From Candidatus Uhrbacteria bacterium (GTDB taxonomy: Bacteria; Patescibacteriota; Patescibacteriia; UBA9934), in NCBI GenBank assembly GCA_018664485.1, contig JABJOE010000006.1:71294-135293 (forward strand): a stretch of 64,000 bases of DNA, given 5' to 3'. This document shows, one piece after another, positions 49,894 through 61,100 of the stretch (within the stretch, counting starts at the first letter, position 1; the number at the start of each line of letters is the position of its first letter). Below the pieces are notes generated by a model. That model was not told the DNA's origin. It made no database searches and worked only from the letters and a program-made list of their open reading frames with translations. Both the position numbers and the translations under genes were made by a program.

Positions 49894-52545
49894 CTATTTT
49901 TTCTTCTTTCCAGGCTTTGCCTTGCTGGATTTCGGAGATGCTTTCTTTTTAGCTTTTTCTGCAGGCTTTTTCGCCTTTGCAGTTTTCTTGCCGGCGCCCT
50001 TTTCAGGTGCTTGAGCGGCTTCAACGTTCTTTACCGCCTCCTCAACAGCCTCGGCAGCAGATTCGTTATCAATAAATGCAACACTTGATACCTGGTCATC
50101 ACCCTTCTTAAATCGCATGACTCGCACACCCTGTGTAGCGTGACCAAGAGATGAGATAGATTTCACAGACATTCGAATAACCTGACCTCCAGATGAGATC
50201 ACGAGAAGATCACGTGAATCCTTTTTCTTCACGATACGTCCTGTGATGATAGCTCCGGTTCGATCAGTGATCTTCGCAGTACGCACTCCAAGTCCTCCAC
50301 GGTTTTGCACGTTGTATTCTTTCAGAGCAGTTCGCTTACCGTAACCATTCTCGGTAATAACCATGAATTGGTCGCCAGCTTCACCCTCGCTCACAACTCC
50401 CATTCCAACAACGCGATCTTCACCCTTCATCTTAATTCCACGCACTCCAGATGCCACACGTCCCATTGGGCGAACATCACCCTCTGAGAACCGGATAGCC
50501 ATTCCACGAGCAGTAGCCAAGATAATCTCGTCATCACCCGTAGTTGTACGAGCCCACTCAAGTGCATCTCCGTTTTTAAGCTTGATCGCTATCAAACCGG
50601 TTGATCGTACATTTTCAAAATCAGAAATGTCGGTCTTCTTTACAGTTCCCTGCTTGGTCACCATTGTGATGTACTTCGCAGTCTCCAGATCTCCAGACTT
50701 CATCGTTGTAGTCACAGCCTCACCCGGAGCCAACTGTAAGAAGTTCACGATCGCTTGCCCCTTAGACGTTCTAGACGCCTCAGGAACCTCATACACCTTC
50801 AACTTAAACACGCGCCCACGAGATGTGAAGAACATGATATCTTGGTGCGTTGTAGTTGAGAAAATATCTTCAACTGTATCAGCTTCTTTTGTGGTGAGTC
50901 CCATCACTCCCTTTCCACCACGCGTTTGTGTCTTGAAAGTATCCGGTGCAATACGCTTGATGTACCCGTCCTTTGTCATCATCACGATAGTCTGCTCATC
51001 TGGAATAACATCCTCCATTGAGAAGTCTTTCACACCAGCTTTCACAATCTTCGTTCGACGATCTTCACCATACTTCTCGATCACCTCTTCCAACTCCTCG
51101 CGAATAACGCTCAGAATTCTCTTTGGTGACGCCAAGATAGCCTTCAGGTGCTTGATTAGTGCCATCTTATCGTTATATTCCTGCTCAATCTTCAAACGCT
51201 CGAGGTTTGCCAAACTTGAAAGGCGCATCTCCAAGATAGCAACAGCCTGCCGCTCACTCATCTTGAAAGACTTAACCAAATTCCCTCGCGCTTCTTCCTT
51301 GTCTTTTGATTTCTTGATTGTAGCGATAACTTTGTCGATCTTGAGAAGTGCGATACGTAACCCTTCCAAAATATGCGCACGCTCAAGAGCCTTATCCAAA
51401 TCATACTGAGTACGCCGCCTAACAACATTTTGACGATGTTTAATGTACTCTTCCAAAATCATCTTCAAGTTCAACGTACGTGGCTGACGTCCCTGCTCTA
51501 CCAAACAAACCATGTTGTAGTGGAATGATGTCTGCAACTGTGTAGCTTGGTACAAACGGTTAAGAACCTTCCGAGGATATGCATCGCGCTTAAGTTCGAT
51601 CACAACACGTACACCTTCCTTTGAAGACTCATCACGCAAGTCACGAATTCCTTCGATCTTCTTTGCTCGAACCAAATCTGCAATCTTCTCAAGCATCGCA
51701 GCCTTGTTCACCATGTAAGGAATTTCCGACACAATAATGCGGAAAGCACCCTTCTTGCCCTCAACGATCTCAGCTTGTGCGCGAACAACGACACCACCAC
51801 GCCCTGTCGAACATGCGGCTTTAATATCTTTCGCTCCATATGCAATTGCACCGGTTGGAAAGTCTGGACCCTTAACGTGCTGCAAGAGATCATCCATCGT
51901 TGCATCCGGATTATCCATCAATGTCAAAATAGCGGCACCGATCTCGCGCAAGTTATGCGGAGGGATATTGGTCGCCATTCCAACAGCAATTCCTAGAGTT
52001 CCGTTAACCAAAAGGTTTGGCAATCGGCCAGGAAGTACAGAAGGTTCTTTATGGGAACCGTCATAGTTCGGTCTAAAATCGACTGTATTTCGTTCAATAT
52101 CTAAAAGTAGTTCTTCGGCTACTGCCTGTAGCTTCGCCTCCGTATATCGCATGGCAGCTGCGGAGTCTCCGTCCATAGAACCGAAGTTTCCCTGACCACG
52201 AACGAGCTGGTGACGATAAGAAAACTCTTGCGCCATTCGAACCATCGCCTCGTAAATGGAAGAGTCTCCATGAGGGTGGTACTTAGCCATCACTTCTCCG
52301 ACAACGTTTGCAGACTTTCGGAATCGAGCGTTAGCACGCAGGCCAATAGACCACATCGCGTACAAAATACGACGCTGTACAGGCTTCAAGCCATCACGAA
52401 CATCCGGAAGAGCACGAGAAACAATAACACTCATTGCGTAATCCAAATACGCAGTCTTCATCTCCTCGGTAATGTCCTGCTTGATAATTCCACCAACCGC
52501 GAATTCGCTCTCTTCACCTTCTTCGGACTTTTTATTTTTTGCCAT
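49894..52545 (-). CDS. gyrA: DNA gyrase subunit A
   Basis: [29 protein letters not shown] catalytic Tyr, GyrA box QTRGGKG, beta-pinwheel repeats. Confidence 0.99.
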   Translation of the reverse strand: MAKNKKSEEGEESEFAVGGIIKQDITEEMKTAYLDYAMSVIVSRALPDVRDGLKPVQRRILYAMWSIGLRANARFRKSANVVGEVMAKYHPHGDSSIYEAMVRMAQEFSYRHQLVRGQGNFGSMDGDSAAAMRYTEAKLQAVAEELLLDIERNTVDFRPNYDGSHKEPSVLPGRLPNLLVNGTLGIAVGMATNIPPHNLREIGAAILTLMDNPDATMDDLLQHVKGPDFPTGAIAYGAKDIKAACSTGRGGVVVRAQAEIVEGKKGAFRIIVSEIPYMVNKAAMLEKIADLVRAKKIEGIRDLRDESSKEGVRVVIELKRDAYPRKVLNRLYQATQLQTSFHYNMVCLVEQGRQPRTLNLKMILEEYIKHRQNVVRRRTQYDLDKALERAHILEGLRIALLKIDKVIATIKKSKDKEEARGNLVKSFKMSERQAVAILEMRLSSLANLERLKIEQEYNDKMALIKHLKAILASPKRILSVIREELEEVIEKYGEDRRTKIVKAGVKDFSMEDVIPDEQTIVMMTKDGYIKRIAPDTFKTQTRGGKGVMGLTTKEADTVEDIFSTTTHQDIMFFTSRGRVFKLKVYEVPEASRTSKGQAIVNFLQLAPGEAVTTTMKSGDLETAKYITMVTKQGTVKKTDISDFENVRSTGLIAIKLKNGDALEWARTTTGDDEIILATARGMAIRFSEGDVRPMGRVASGVRGIKMKGEDRVVGMGVVSEGEAGDQFMVITENGYGKRTALKEYNVQNRGGLGVRTAKITDRTGAIITGRIVKKKDSRDLLVISSGGQVIRMSVKSISSLGHATQGVRVMRFKKGDDQVSSVAFIDNESAAEAVEEAVKNVEAAQAPEKGAGKKTAKAKKPAEKAKKKASPKSSKAKPGKKKK

Positions 52546-52549
52546 AAAA

Positions 52550-52957
52550 TTACTCTGTTTCCCCTTCAGTATCGAGAACCTCTACTATATCGAGAGCCTC
52601 TTCAATTATCTCTACCTCTTCCGCTTTTTCTTCAAATCGCTTCATCAATTCACCCGCTAAAAGTTCCTCACTCTCTTCTTGAGCCTGAGCTTGTACGAAA
52701 GCCTCTTCCCCACCTTGGAATACAGATCCAAACTGACCTCCCAAACCAGGAATCAACTCTTCAATCTCTGTTAGATAGCCTGAAGTGTCCACGCCAGTTC
52801 CGTCATCAACCATTTGCGCTATATCTGACGCAGCTTCATTTGCGAACATCTGCTTGATTTGCATAGCCCAAACACCAAATACGATAATGATACCGACAAA
52901 AGTACCAATCATCACGATGCGATGCTTTTGAACGTGTTTTGGATCCTTGATGCGCAT
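52550..52957 (-). CDS. Hypothetical single-pass membrane protein, acidic
   Basis: N-terminal TM helix, tight spacing with gyrA. Confidence 0.75.
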   Translation of the reverse strand: MRIKDPKHVQKHRIVMIGTFVGIIIVFGVWAMQIKQMFANEAASDIAQMVDDGTGVDTSGYLTEIEELIPGLGGQFGSVFQGGEEAFVQAQAQEESEELLAGELMKRFEEKAEEVEIIEEALDIVEVLDTEGETE

Positions 52958-52967
52958 AGACTATCGA

Positions 52968-53618
52968 TTAACTTCGAGAGAGAACTACAATCTGCATATC
53001 TTCTGCTGGGAGCGCGCTCTTTTTGATCTTCAATGTACTGACATCTTCACGCGCACAAGAAAGTTCTTTACAGATACCTTCAACATCAGACGACTCTTTC
53101 TTCAATCCCTTTGTGTTTACGTATGTTGGGATAACCATCCGTGGCTCAACTTGTGAAACAACTTCTGACGCACCCTTTGCATCCAATACGTCACCGCCAC
53201 CTGACGGCACAGCTAGAATATCAATTGAACCTAAGCGCTCTATTTCCTGATTAGTAAGCGGACGGTCAATAGCTCCCAAAAATCCGATTGAAATTCCTTC
53301 TAAATCGAAACGATAAATTGTATGTGGTGTCTTATCCTTTAATGGAGCCGAAATTCCGGTCACAAAAATACCGCGAACTTCAAACTCACCTGCGTAGCGA
53401 ACGGCAAAAGGTTTTGTATTATGCAGCTCACCTTCTATAACTTCAAAATTGTCCGACTCTATCGAATCGTGAGACGAAACAACGATGCTCGCCTTGAGTG
53501 TGCGCGGAAAGCGCAATCCGGTCTCATTTTGATATGGGTTCGTGACCAATGTCACCTCGCCTTCAACTGGCTTTCCAGTGATTACTAGGCTCCCAAGTCC
53601 ATTCCAAGAAATTTTCAT
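52968..53618 (-). CDS. MBL-fold protein (Lactamase_B_3-like) with degenerate metal ligands
   Basis: MKISWNG..AGEFEVRGI..IDILAVPSGG..VEPRMVIP family pattern. Confidence 0.85.
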   Translation of the reverse strand: MKISWNGLGSLVITGKPVEGEVTLVTNPYQNETGLRFPRTLKASIVVSSHDSIESDNFEVIEGELHNTKPFAVRYAGEFEVRGIFVTGISAPLKDKTPHTIYRFDLEGISIGFLGAIDRPLTNQEIERLGSIDILAVPSGGGDVLDAKGASEVVSQVEPRMVIPTYVNTKGLKKESSDVEGICKELSCAREDVSTLKIKKSALPAEDMQIVVLSRS

Positions 53619-53716
53619 AGCGGCTGTAGTTTAGCACGAGGGCCACTTTGGCTCAAGCCTATCTCAAAGCAAATTCAACCCAGATTAAAGTACTTTCTGT
53701 ATTCGTAAAAACAAGA

Positions 53717-54400
53717 CTAACCTTCGTCTACTTCGTTAAGTACTGTATTCCAATACTCCATTTCTTTCACAATCTCTTCTTCTGACGGATCACGCTCCAC
53801 GACAGACCACCCTTCCTCTAAACGATCTGCAACACTATCAATCTCCCCCTTCCACTGCTTGTCATCCTGCCCCATAGCGCGCAAGCGATCGATCAATGCC
53901 TGGAGACGAGCAGCTTCACTTGTCCAATGCTCAACAAGATCTTCGTATTTCTTTTCACGCGAATGCGCACGCTCATCACATTGATTGTCCAATATATCAT
54001 CACATAACAATATCGCTTGAGTAACCTGATAACGCTCGTCAGCGGTAAGCTGATCCTCGAACAAAGGACTCTTTATATAATCCTCTAAAATAACTCCATG
54101 CTTCGTCATCTCTTGCACTTTGCGCTTAACGCTATCTTCCAACCGATCAAAAACCGCAGTTTGCAATCGCTGTTCCTCATCTCCAGCACATAATTCTTCA
54201 TATGCTTTTCTATATGGAAGCTCCTTGCGTCCAATCAACGTCAAAGCCTGATGGATTTGTTTACTCGTAGTGTCTACGCTGTCGGAAAGCTCCTGATGCA
54301 ACTTTTTTGCCTCCTCAATAATCTCAGGCGGCGTGAGCGGCACGAGCTTATCGACGGCAAATTTGAACTGATCTAAGTACGATTGATGTGGATGATTCAT
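53717..54400 (-). CDS. Hypothetical helical/coiled-coil protein
   Basis: Long charged ORF with host-like composition; start at ATG 54400. Confidence 0.75.
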   Translation of the reverse strand: MNHPHQSYLDQFKFAVDKLVPLTPPEIIEEAKKLHQELSDSVDTTSKQIHQALTLIGRKELPYRKAYEELCAGDEEQRLQTAVFDRLEDSVKRKVQEMTKHGVILEDYIKSPLFEDQLTADERYQVTQAILLCDDILDNQCDERAHSREKKYEDLVEHWTSEAARLQALIDRLRAMGQDDKQWKGEIDSVADRLEEGWSVVERDPSEEEIVKEMEYWNTVLNEVDEG

Positions 54401-54504
54401 ATAGGACAATGATAACACAGAAGAATTTAATATTTCGTTCTATATATGGATATAAATGCTCACTTTGGCCAACTGTCTAAAAACCTTACGGATATGGCCT
54501 ATTC

Positions 54505-54533
54505 TTGACAAATAGGGTCCAATTTACTATAGT
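54505..54533 (+). promoter_or_regulatory. sigma70 promoter for rpsA
   Basis: TTGACA-17 nt-TATAGT. Confidence 0.75.
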
Positions 54534-54607
54534 TCTCGCGCTTACTAATTCTTAGCACCTGAAGGCCGTACCCGAGATTTCGGAGCCGCCGTCAGGAATA
54601 TATAGAT

Positions 54608-55870
54608 ATGTCTGATACATCAGAACTACATAAGCTGCTCGAAGAGCAGGACCAGTACCTAGCCGTTCCCGGACTAGGTGATTTAATTTCTGCGACAGTT
54701 TTGTCTACAAAAGGTCGAGAAATTCGATTGGACGTTAACGGTCTGATGACCGGAACAGTTCGAGGAAAAGAACTTTTTACAGAGAGCGGTGACTACTCTA
54801 ACCTTCAGCCTGGAGATAAGGTTGAAGCTACAGTCATCGATCTTGAAAACGAAAATGGAGAAGTTGAGCTTTCATTCCGCTACGCTGGAAACAAGAAAGC
54901 TTGGGAGGAGATGCGCTCACAGCTAAGCGACGGTGAAGTTATCGACGCCAAGGTGTTAGACGCAAACAAGGGTGGACTTATTATGAAGGTTCGACACTTG
55001 CAAGGTTTCCTTCCTGTGTCACAGCTTGCTCCTGAGCACTATCCACGAGTTAGTGGTGGTGACAAGCAGAAGATTCTAGATAAGCTTCGTGAGTTTGTTG
55101 GTCAGAAGCTTCGTGTGAAGATCCTTGACCTACACGAGTCAGACGAAAAGCTAATCGTTTCAGAAAAAGCTGTTTGGGAGTCTGAACAAAAGAATATTAT
55201 CGACCAGATTTCAGTTGGACAGGACATTGAAGGTGAAATCACAGCACTTGCTGATTTCGGAGCCTTCGTAAAGTTCTATCCAAAAGGAGATGGTGCTACA
55301 GCACTTGAAGGTCTCGTACATATTTCCGAGATTGCATGGCAGCGAATTGATCATCCGAAAGATCTTCTCAAGGTACACCAGAGTGCAAAGGCGCAGATCA
55401 TCGGAATTGAAGGTTCTAAGATCTTCCTCTCTATGAAGAAGTTGATCGCTGACCCTTGGCAGAACGTTGAATCAAAGTACCAGGTTGGAGATGTCGTTGA
55501 AGGAACGATCCTCAAGGTAAACCCATTTGGATTCTTCGTTGAGTTGGACGCTGACATTCATGGACTAGCTCACGTAAGTGAACTTTCAAGTAAGCCAGTA
55601 ACTGACCCTAAGACTCTCGGAAAGGCCGGAGAGAAGAAGGAATTCAAGATTGTATCAATCGAACCTGCTGAGCACAGACTTGGTCTATCTCTAAAAGCTA
55701 TGGAAGCTGGAGGTGAGACAACTGAGAAAGCTCCAAAAGCTAAAAAGAAGAAGGAAGCTGAAGTTAAGGAGGAGGCAGTGGAAGAGGTAAAAGCTGAGGA
55801 AGTAGTGTCTGAGGACGCTGCGACCGAGGAAGTGAAGACTGAGAAGAAGGAAGAGGAAACAAAAGAATAA
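54608..55870 (+). CDS. rpsA: 30S ribosomal protein S1 (four S1 domains, acidic tail)
   Basis: ANKGGL, GFLPVSQL, DFGAFV..EGLVHISEIAW, FGFFVEL..GLAHVSEL. Confidence 0.95.
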   Translation: MSDTSELHKLLEEQDQYLAVPGLGDLISATVLSTKGREIRLDVNGLMTGTVRGKELFTESGDYSNLQPGDKVEATVIDLENENGEVELSFRYAGNKKAWEEMRSQLSDGEVIDAKVLDANKGGLIMKVRHLQGFLPVSQLAPEHYPRVSGGDKQKILDKLREFVGQKLRVKILDLHESDEKLIVSEKAVWESEQKNIIDQISVGQDIEGEITALADFGAFVKFYPKGDGATALEGLVHISEIAWQRIDHPKDLLKVHQSAKAQIIGIEGSKIFLSMKKLIADPWQNVESKYQVGDVVEGTILKVNPFGFFVELDADIHGLAHVSELSSKPVTDPKTLGKAGEKKEFKIVSIEPAEHRLGLSLKAMEAGGETTEKAPKAKKKKEAEVKEEAVEEVKAEEVVSEDAATEEVKTEKKEEETKE

Positions 55871-55883
55871 GAAGAACAATAAT

Positions 55884-55998
55884 AACCCACTTAGGGACGA
55901 CGGCTTGCTCCAGCGGCAATCCATCTAGCACGCAGAACGATTTCCCCGGAGGAACCGGGGACCAAGCAAATAGTTCTGCGAGCTCCCCAAGGTGGGTT
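55884..55998. other. Multi-branched structured element after rpsA
   Basis: AACCCACTTAGGGA/TCCCCAAGGTGGGTT outer stem enclosing CGCAGAAC/GTTCTGCG and CCCCGG/CCGGGG stems, followed by a T run. Confidence 0.55.
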
Positions 55999-56223
55999 TT
56001 TATTATTCTTTAAAGTAGGGAAAGAGGGAGTGAAAACATGGGTCTAGCGCTCTTGCTTTTTTTATTGACAGATACCTGTTTTTCAAGCAACCTACTTCGG
56101 TCGGGCTCGATAGGACGAAAGTCATCGAGTTTTGACATGGACGTTACGTATAAAAAGACGTTTCAGGATTTACCTGGGCGTTTGCGATCATCGCGCGTAT
56201 GTAACACATTGAAAGGCAAAGTC

Positions 56224-57639
56224 ATGTCACAGAAGTCAGTAACAGTCGATTTCCTCCTCGCCCTTGGTAATGCGGGAGCGGACAGAGAGCTCCTGCAAAA
56301 GCTCACCGAGATCATCAGACGCGGACGCGTCGAACCCCTTGAAGATGGTGAAGTGAGCCGATTCAAGTGGCCGATCAAACTCCATGGAGAGTATCGCATC
56401 CGCGACATCAGGCTTTGCATCAATGGAAGTATGCAGGTGCTTGTGACAAACAAGGCCCGTAGGGTGCCTGAGCTATGGGTTGGACAGATCAACGACTCAA
56501 ATCCAGACAACTGGGAAAATCTACTGGACGGGAATGCCTCTTACGTGATCCTGCTCGGCTTCGGTGTCGACGGGACACACATGTACCTATGGCTGGACCA
56601 ACAAGATGAGGATGGTCAACGTCTATACCTGAGGTTCTATGATCGGGACCACGAGATCGACCATAAAATTGGAGGCCGTTTTGATGTAGATGCCCTGACA
56701 CGCAAGTACACCGCAAACCCGCCACTTACCTGGGTAGACGCAAACGGCGTGCAGTGCTCGTTACATCATCCGACACACAACCTGAGAGGCAATCTGTGCG
56801 TCAAAGTGAACGATCACTCAATTAAACCGGACCAGGCCGGACACATATACACCCCTCCGCGTGGGAGTGCGTGGATCGAATATTCCACACGATCCCATCA
56901 TGAGACGGTAGTAATACCCTCCCTTTCTTTCCGATCCAACGAACTTCGCGGATGCGTAGTTCCTGAGTCGGTAACGGACATCGATGATAAAGCATGTTTC
57001 CTGCAAGTCTCAGATCGTGGTGTCTTTCTCCACTATGGACAAACGAATCGCCAGCTACACGTAAACCTACGGCGCCACTCAGAAAAGATGTGGGTACGAG
57101 TCGTGGGCGACACTATGTTCATCAAGCACTGGGAACAGGACGACAGCACCGGCAACTGGAGCTGGGCACTGCAACTGATACGTGGTGGTGAACACCATGA
57201 GTGCATTGCGCTCGAGGCGATGTCGTTTGGACCAAGAAATCCAGACCCCATCATCCTTGGTGACATGGGATTTGCAATCATTTTGCATGACGGTCATAAC
57301 GATCCTCACAAGATCATGATCTTCGACAAAATGGGAGAACGTGTCCGCTACGAAACGAACGCTGTTACCAACCTACTAGAATATCGGCAAGAACGAGCAG
57401 AACTGAGCACCGCCGAGTGCAACGGCTGCCTGGTGATACGTAATCGAGATGAGGGCGGTAAAGCAAAGATCTCTGTCTTTGATCCGTTTGCGGACGAACA
57501 GACAATTCTCAACCAGATCGCATGCAGCGCGCCATGCCGCAACACCAAGGTCACAGACGTTGTATATGTTGAAGGCCAAGGATACCTGACGGTTCGTCAC
57601 ATCGGTGACGGAATCCTCTCGGTCATGCGCTTCGGATAG
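56224..57639 (+). CDS. Hypothetical protein (471 aa), beta-rich
   Basis: Long ORF; start MSQKSVTV chosen downstream of the TTGACA box at 56065; GCCCGCCCCGG/CTGGGGCGGGC hairpin follows the stop. Confidence 0.75.
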   Translation: MSQKSVTVDFLLALGNAGADRELLQKLTEIIRRGRVEPLEDGEVSRFKWPIKLHGEYRIRDIRLCINGSMQVLVTNKARRVPELWVGQINDSNPDNWENLLDGNASYVILLGFGVDGTHMYLWLDQQDEDGQRLYLRFYDRDHEIDHKIGGRFDVDALTRKYTANPPLTWVDANGVQCSLHHPTHNLRGNLCVKVNDHSIKPDQAGHIYTPPRGSAWIEYSTRSHHETVVIPSLSFRSNELRGCVVPESVTDIDDKACFLQVSDRGVFLHYGQTNRQLHVNLRRHSEKMWVRVVGDTMFIKHWEQDDSTGNWSWALQLIRGGEHHECIALEAMSFGPRNPDPIILGDMGFAIILHDGHNDPHKIMIFDKMGERVRYETNAVTNLLEYRQERAELSTAECNGCLVIRNRDEGGKAKISVFDPFADEQTILNQIACSAPCRNTKVTDVVYVEGQGYLTVRHIGDGILSVMRFG

Positions 57640-58041
57640 ACCATGCGTCAATCGCCCGCCCCGGGTTCTCCTGGGGCGGGCAACTTGCATCCATATATTA
57701 AATTACTTCCTCCAGAACCCTTCGCGGAGGGTTTATAGAGCGTGGATGATAATGAGCACGTTCAAGGTCATGATCCGGCAAGAATAACCGAGTAGCAGAA
57801 TCGTCTCCATTATCACTACAAAATATACAACGGATGCCCGATTTTGCCAGTTATGATGACGGCTCTACCCTTGTACAGCGCAAGAATATCTAGATTTCTT
57901 AAACCCGCAGTATTATTGACATTACGAGCCCACCATGCAACAATCACGCGTGTAATAAAAGTGACCAGGTAATCAAGTGTTCAGGTATTAAAGCCTAACG
58001 CATCTCGCATACCCGATTACCCGCACCCCTGACCACTTACT

Positions 58042-59889
58042 ATGAAGCCATTATCAAAAAATATAATCATCGGTCTCCTAGTCGTAATCGCGCTAGGACT
58101 GATTTTCTCACAATACAATCTCTCAAATGAAGACCCTGAGGTTATCGGAACATCTTCACTCGTTGAGAAGATTGTTGCCAACGACGTAAGTCGTATTGAG
58201 ATCTTGCAAAACACTCTTGCGGTTTTCTCTGCCGACGAAACAGAATTCACAGTGAAGAAAGAATCTGGAGAATCACTTTCAGAACTTCTTACAAACTACG
58301 GTGTTACAAGCGAGCAACTTGCAGCCATCAATGTAGAGGTTGTTGAACCGAGTGCGTTAATGTCACTCCTTCGAAGTATTCTCCCAACATTAATCTTCTT
58401 GGTAGGTTTCGTAATCGTGTTCTGGTTCCTAATGAACCAGATGCAAGGCGCAAACAACAAGGCAATGTCTTTTGGACAGTCAAAAGCTCGTCAATTTATA
58501 AACAAGAAAAACAAAGTTACATTTAAAGACGTTGCGGGAGCCAAGGAAGTAAAAGAAGAGGTTGCAGAAATTGTAGACTTCCTCAAACATCCAAAAAAAT
58601 TCACAGACGTCGGAGCAAAGATCCCAACAGGTGTTCTACTTATGGGTCCTCCGGGAACTGGTAAGACCCTATTAGCACGTGCAATCGCTGGGGAAGCAAA
58701 CGCTCCGTTCTTTCACATCTCTGGTTCAGAGTTCGTTGAAATGTTCGTAGGTGTTGGTGCTAGTCGTGTACGAGACCTATTTGCAAAGGCAAAGAAAGCA
58801 GCGCCATCCATCATCTTCATTGATGAGATCGATGCTGTTGGACGTCAACGTGGAACTGGAATGGGTGGAGGGCATGACGAGCGAGAGCAGACACTAAACC
58901 AGATCCTAGTTGAGATGGATGGTTTTGAAACAAACGCTGGAGTAATCGTAGTTGCCGCAACTAACCGTCCGGATGTTCTTGATCCAGCTCTACTTCGACC
59001 AGGACGTTTCGACCGTCGCGTTACACTTGATCTTCCGTCACGTAAGGATCGCCTACAGATCCTCGAGATCCACGCAAAGAACAAGCCGCTTGAAGGCGAC
59101 GTAAACTTGGAACGTATTGCTGAGCGAACTATCGGATTCTCTGGAGCTGACCTCATGAACATCATGAACGAAGGCGCAATCTTAGCTGCACGACAAGACA
59201 AAAAGAAAACTTCACAGACTCACCTCTTAGACGCAATTGAAAAGGTTATTCTCGGACCTGAACGGAAAGAACGAGTAACTACAGAAGATGAACGAAAGCT
59301 CACAGCCTATCACGAAGCAGGGCACGCAATTGTAGGACATGTCCTCCCTCACTGTGATGAAGTACACAAAGTATCAATCATCGCCCGAGGGCGCGCAGCC
59401 GGTTACACCATGAGCCTCCCTTCAAAGGAAAAGAAGATGCACTTCCGTCAGGAATTCATCGACGATATGGCTATGATGCTCGGAGGGTATGCAGCTGAGA
59501 AGGAAATCTTCGGAGACATCACAACAGGTGCTTCAAGCGACCTTGAACGAGCTACAAAGACAGCACGTAACCTAATCACACGCTACGGAATGAGTTCAAA
59601 GATGGGACCACGAACATTTGGTCAGACAAATGATCTAGTGTTCATCGGAAAAGACATGAACACACAGCGCGACTATTCAGAAAAGGCAGCGCAAGAAATC
59701 GATAGCGAGATCCTTGAACTCGTGAATGCAGCTCTTGCAACAGCAAAAGAAATTATCCACTCACATCGAGCTAAAATCGATAAGGTGGTAAAAGAATTGC
59801 TAGAGAAAGAGACTATCGAGAAAGAAGAATTTGAAAAACTTCTTGGGCCGTCGAACAAAGCTCCAAAAATCCAAATCGCTGGAGCGTAA
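58042..59889 (+). CDS. ftsH: ATP-dependent zinc metalloprotease FtsH
   Basis: Two TMs, [29 protein letters not shown]. Confidence 0.99.
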   Translation: MKPLSKNIIIGLLVVIALGLIFSQYNLSNEDPEVIGTSSLVEKIVANDVSRIEILQNTLAVFSADETEFTVKKESGESLSELLTNYGVTSEQLAAINVEVVEPSALMSLLRSILPTLIFLVGFVIVFWFLMNQMQGANNKAMSFGQSKARQFINKKNKVTFKDVAGAKEVKEEVAEIVDFLKHPKKFTDVGAKIPTGVLLMGPPGTGKTLLARAIAGEANAPFFHISGSEFVEMFVGVGASRVRDLFAKAKKAAPSIIFIDEIDAVGRQRGTGMGGGHDEREQTLNQILVEMDGFETNAGVIVVAATNRPDVLDPALLRPGRFDRRVTLDLPSRKDRLQILEIHAKNKPLEGDVNLERIAERTIGFSGADLMNIMNEGAILAARQDKKKTSQTHLLDAIEKVILGPERKERVTTEDERKLTAYHEAGHAIVGHVLPHCDEVHKVSIIARGRAAGYTMSLPSKEKKMHFRQEFIDDMAMMLGGYAAEKEIFGDITTGASSDLERATKTARNLITRYGMSSKMGPRTFGQTNDLVFIGKDMNTQRDYSEKAAQEIDSEILELVNAALATAKEIIHSHRAKIDKVVKELLEKETIEKEEFEKLLGPSNKAPKIQIAGA

Positions 59890-59982
59890 AAACTTAGAAG
59901 CAAAGAGAACGTTAACGCGTTCTTTTTGTTTTAGAAAAGATGAGTGCATGTGTTAGAATAAGTGCGTTATCATAAGGAGGAT

Positions 59983-60984
59983 ATGAAAGTTGGGAAAAGT
60001 ATAGACGCCTACGCAACACTCGTTGAGCGCGCGTGGACCACAACTTGGAACCATAAAGAATGGTGGATCGTAGCAGCCGTTGCAGGACTTGCAAATACGG
60101 GTGGTGTTTTTTCGAGTGTCTTCAATACTTTCTGGCATCTCCGACCTGCCGACACAATCTCTGCTGACACAATCGTTGACGTGTTCCCTATCGTTGGATG
60201 GTTCCTCGCGTACGTTCGAAACATGATCGCGCTTGATACCGGCGACCGGTTAATATCCGTTGGAATCCTTATAGTTGTACTACTCGCGATCCTAATCGCT
60301 ATCGTTACCTGCCAGCATCTTCTACTTCGCGCTATCAAAAAGGGACACAAGAAGACACAGGAATTCACAAGAAAGAACATCAAGAAGGACTTGAGTCACA
60401 TCCACATTGCACGGCTATTTTCCGTTGATGCATTTTTCAGCCTTTCACTTACACTTCTTGTAACAGGGTCTGCAATCCCACTATCACTTTTGCTTACTGA
60501 CTACGTCGGAGTAAACCTATTCTTGTACGCCGGCATCTACTCGATCATTCTACCTATCGCATTCCTTGTGAATATAGTAGGTATGATGGCGCTTATATTT
60601 ATCAGTCAAAAAGACCTCTCACTTTTCAGTGCACTACGAGAAGGCCTATACATAACACAAAAGCACTGGCTCTCAGCGCTTGAACTTTCCCTTGTACTAT
60701 TTTTTATCAACATGGTCGCAAGTATTATATTTTTCTTCTTCCTATTTATCGTAGCGATCGGAGCGGGCCTACTATTTGAACTCGCTTTTGCAGCAAACGC
60801 CTACCTCCTGATGTCTATCATCACTTTTGTCGGAATCCTTCTTGCAGGGGCTGTCGTCGTGATCTACGCCGGAGCAATCACAATGTTTAACTACAGCGTC
60901 TGGAGTGGCTACGCAAAGCTCGTACGTCGTGCTAAGCACTCACCTATCATGGAATACACGTTTAGACTGTTTTCCCGTTCATAG
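59983..60984 (+). CDS. Hypothetical multi-pass membrane protein
   Basis: RAWTTTWNHKEWW N-terminus, about 6-7 TM helices, AAGGAGG SD before ATG 59983. Confidence 0.8.
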   Translation: MKVGKSIDAYATLVERAWTTTWNHKEWWIVAAVAGLANTGGVFSSVFNTFWHLRPADTISADTIVDVFPIVGWFLAYVRNMIALDTGDRLISVGILIVVLLAILIAIVTCQHLLLRAIKKGHKKTQEFTRKNIKKDLSHIHIARLFSVDAFFSLSLTLLVTGSAIPLSLLLTDYVGVNLFLYAGIYSIILPIAFLVNIVGMMALIFISQKDLSLFSALREGLYITQKHWLSALELSLVLFFINMVASIIFFFFLFIVAIGAGLLFELAFAANAYLLMSIITFVGILLAGAVVVIYAGAITMFNYSVWSGYAKLVRRAKHSPIMEYTFRLFSRS

Positions 60985-61100
60985 CGACCATTGGTCGATT
61001 AAGGAACACCCTACACTGGTCGAAAAAACGTTTGCGCGTTAAACTAGGAGCATCAAGCCTCACTTTGCGGTGGCTATAGTAATGATTTTTAGTCTACCCT

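Noticed and set aside
50363..51409. 348-aa plus-strand ORF, and similar long antisense ORFs over tuf, trxB and the giant protein
   Set aside because: Shadow frames antisense to well-conserved genes, with no recognisable motifs.
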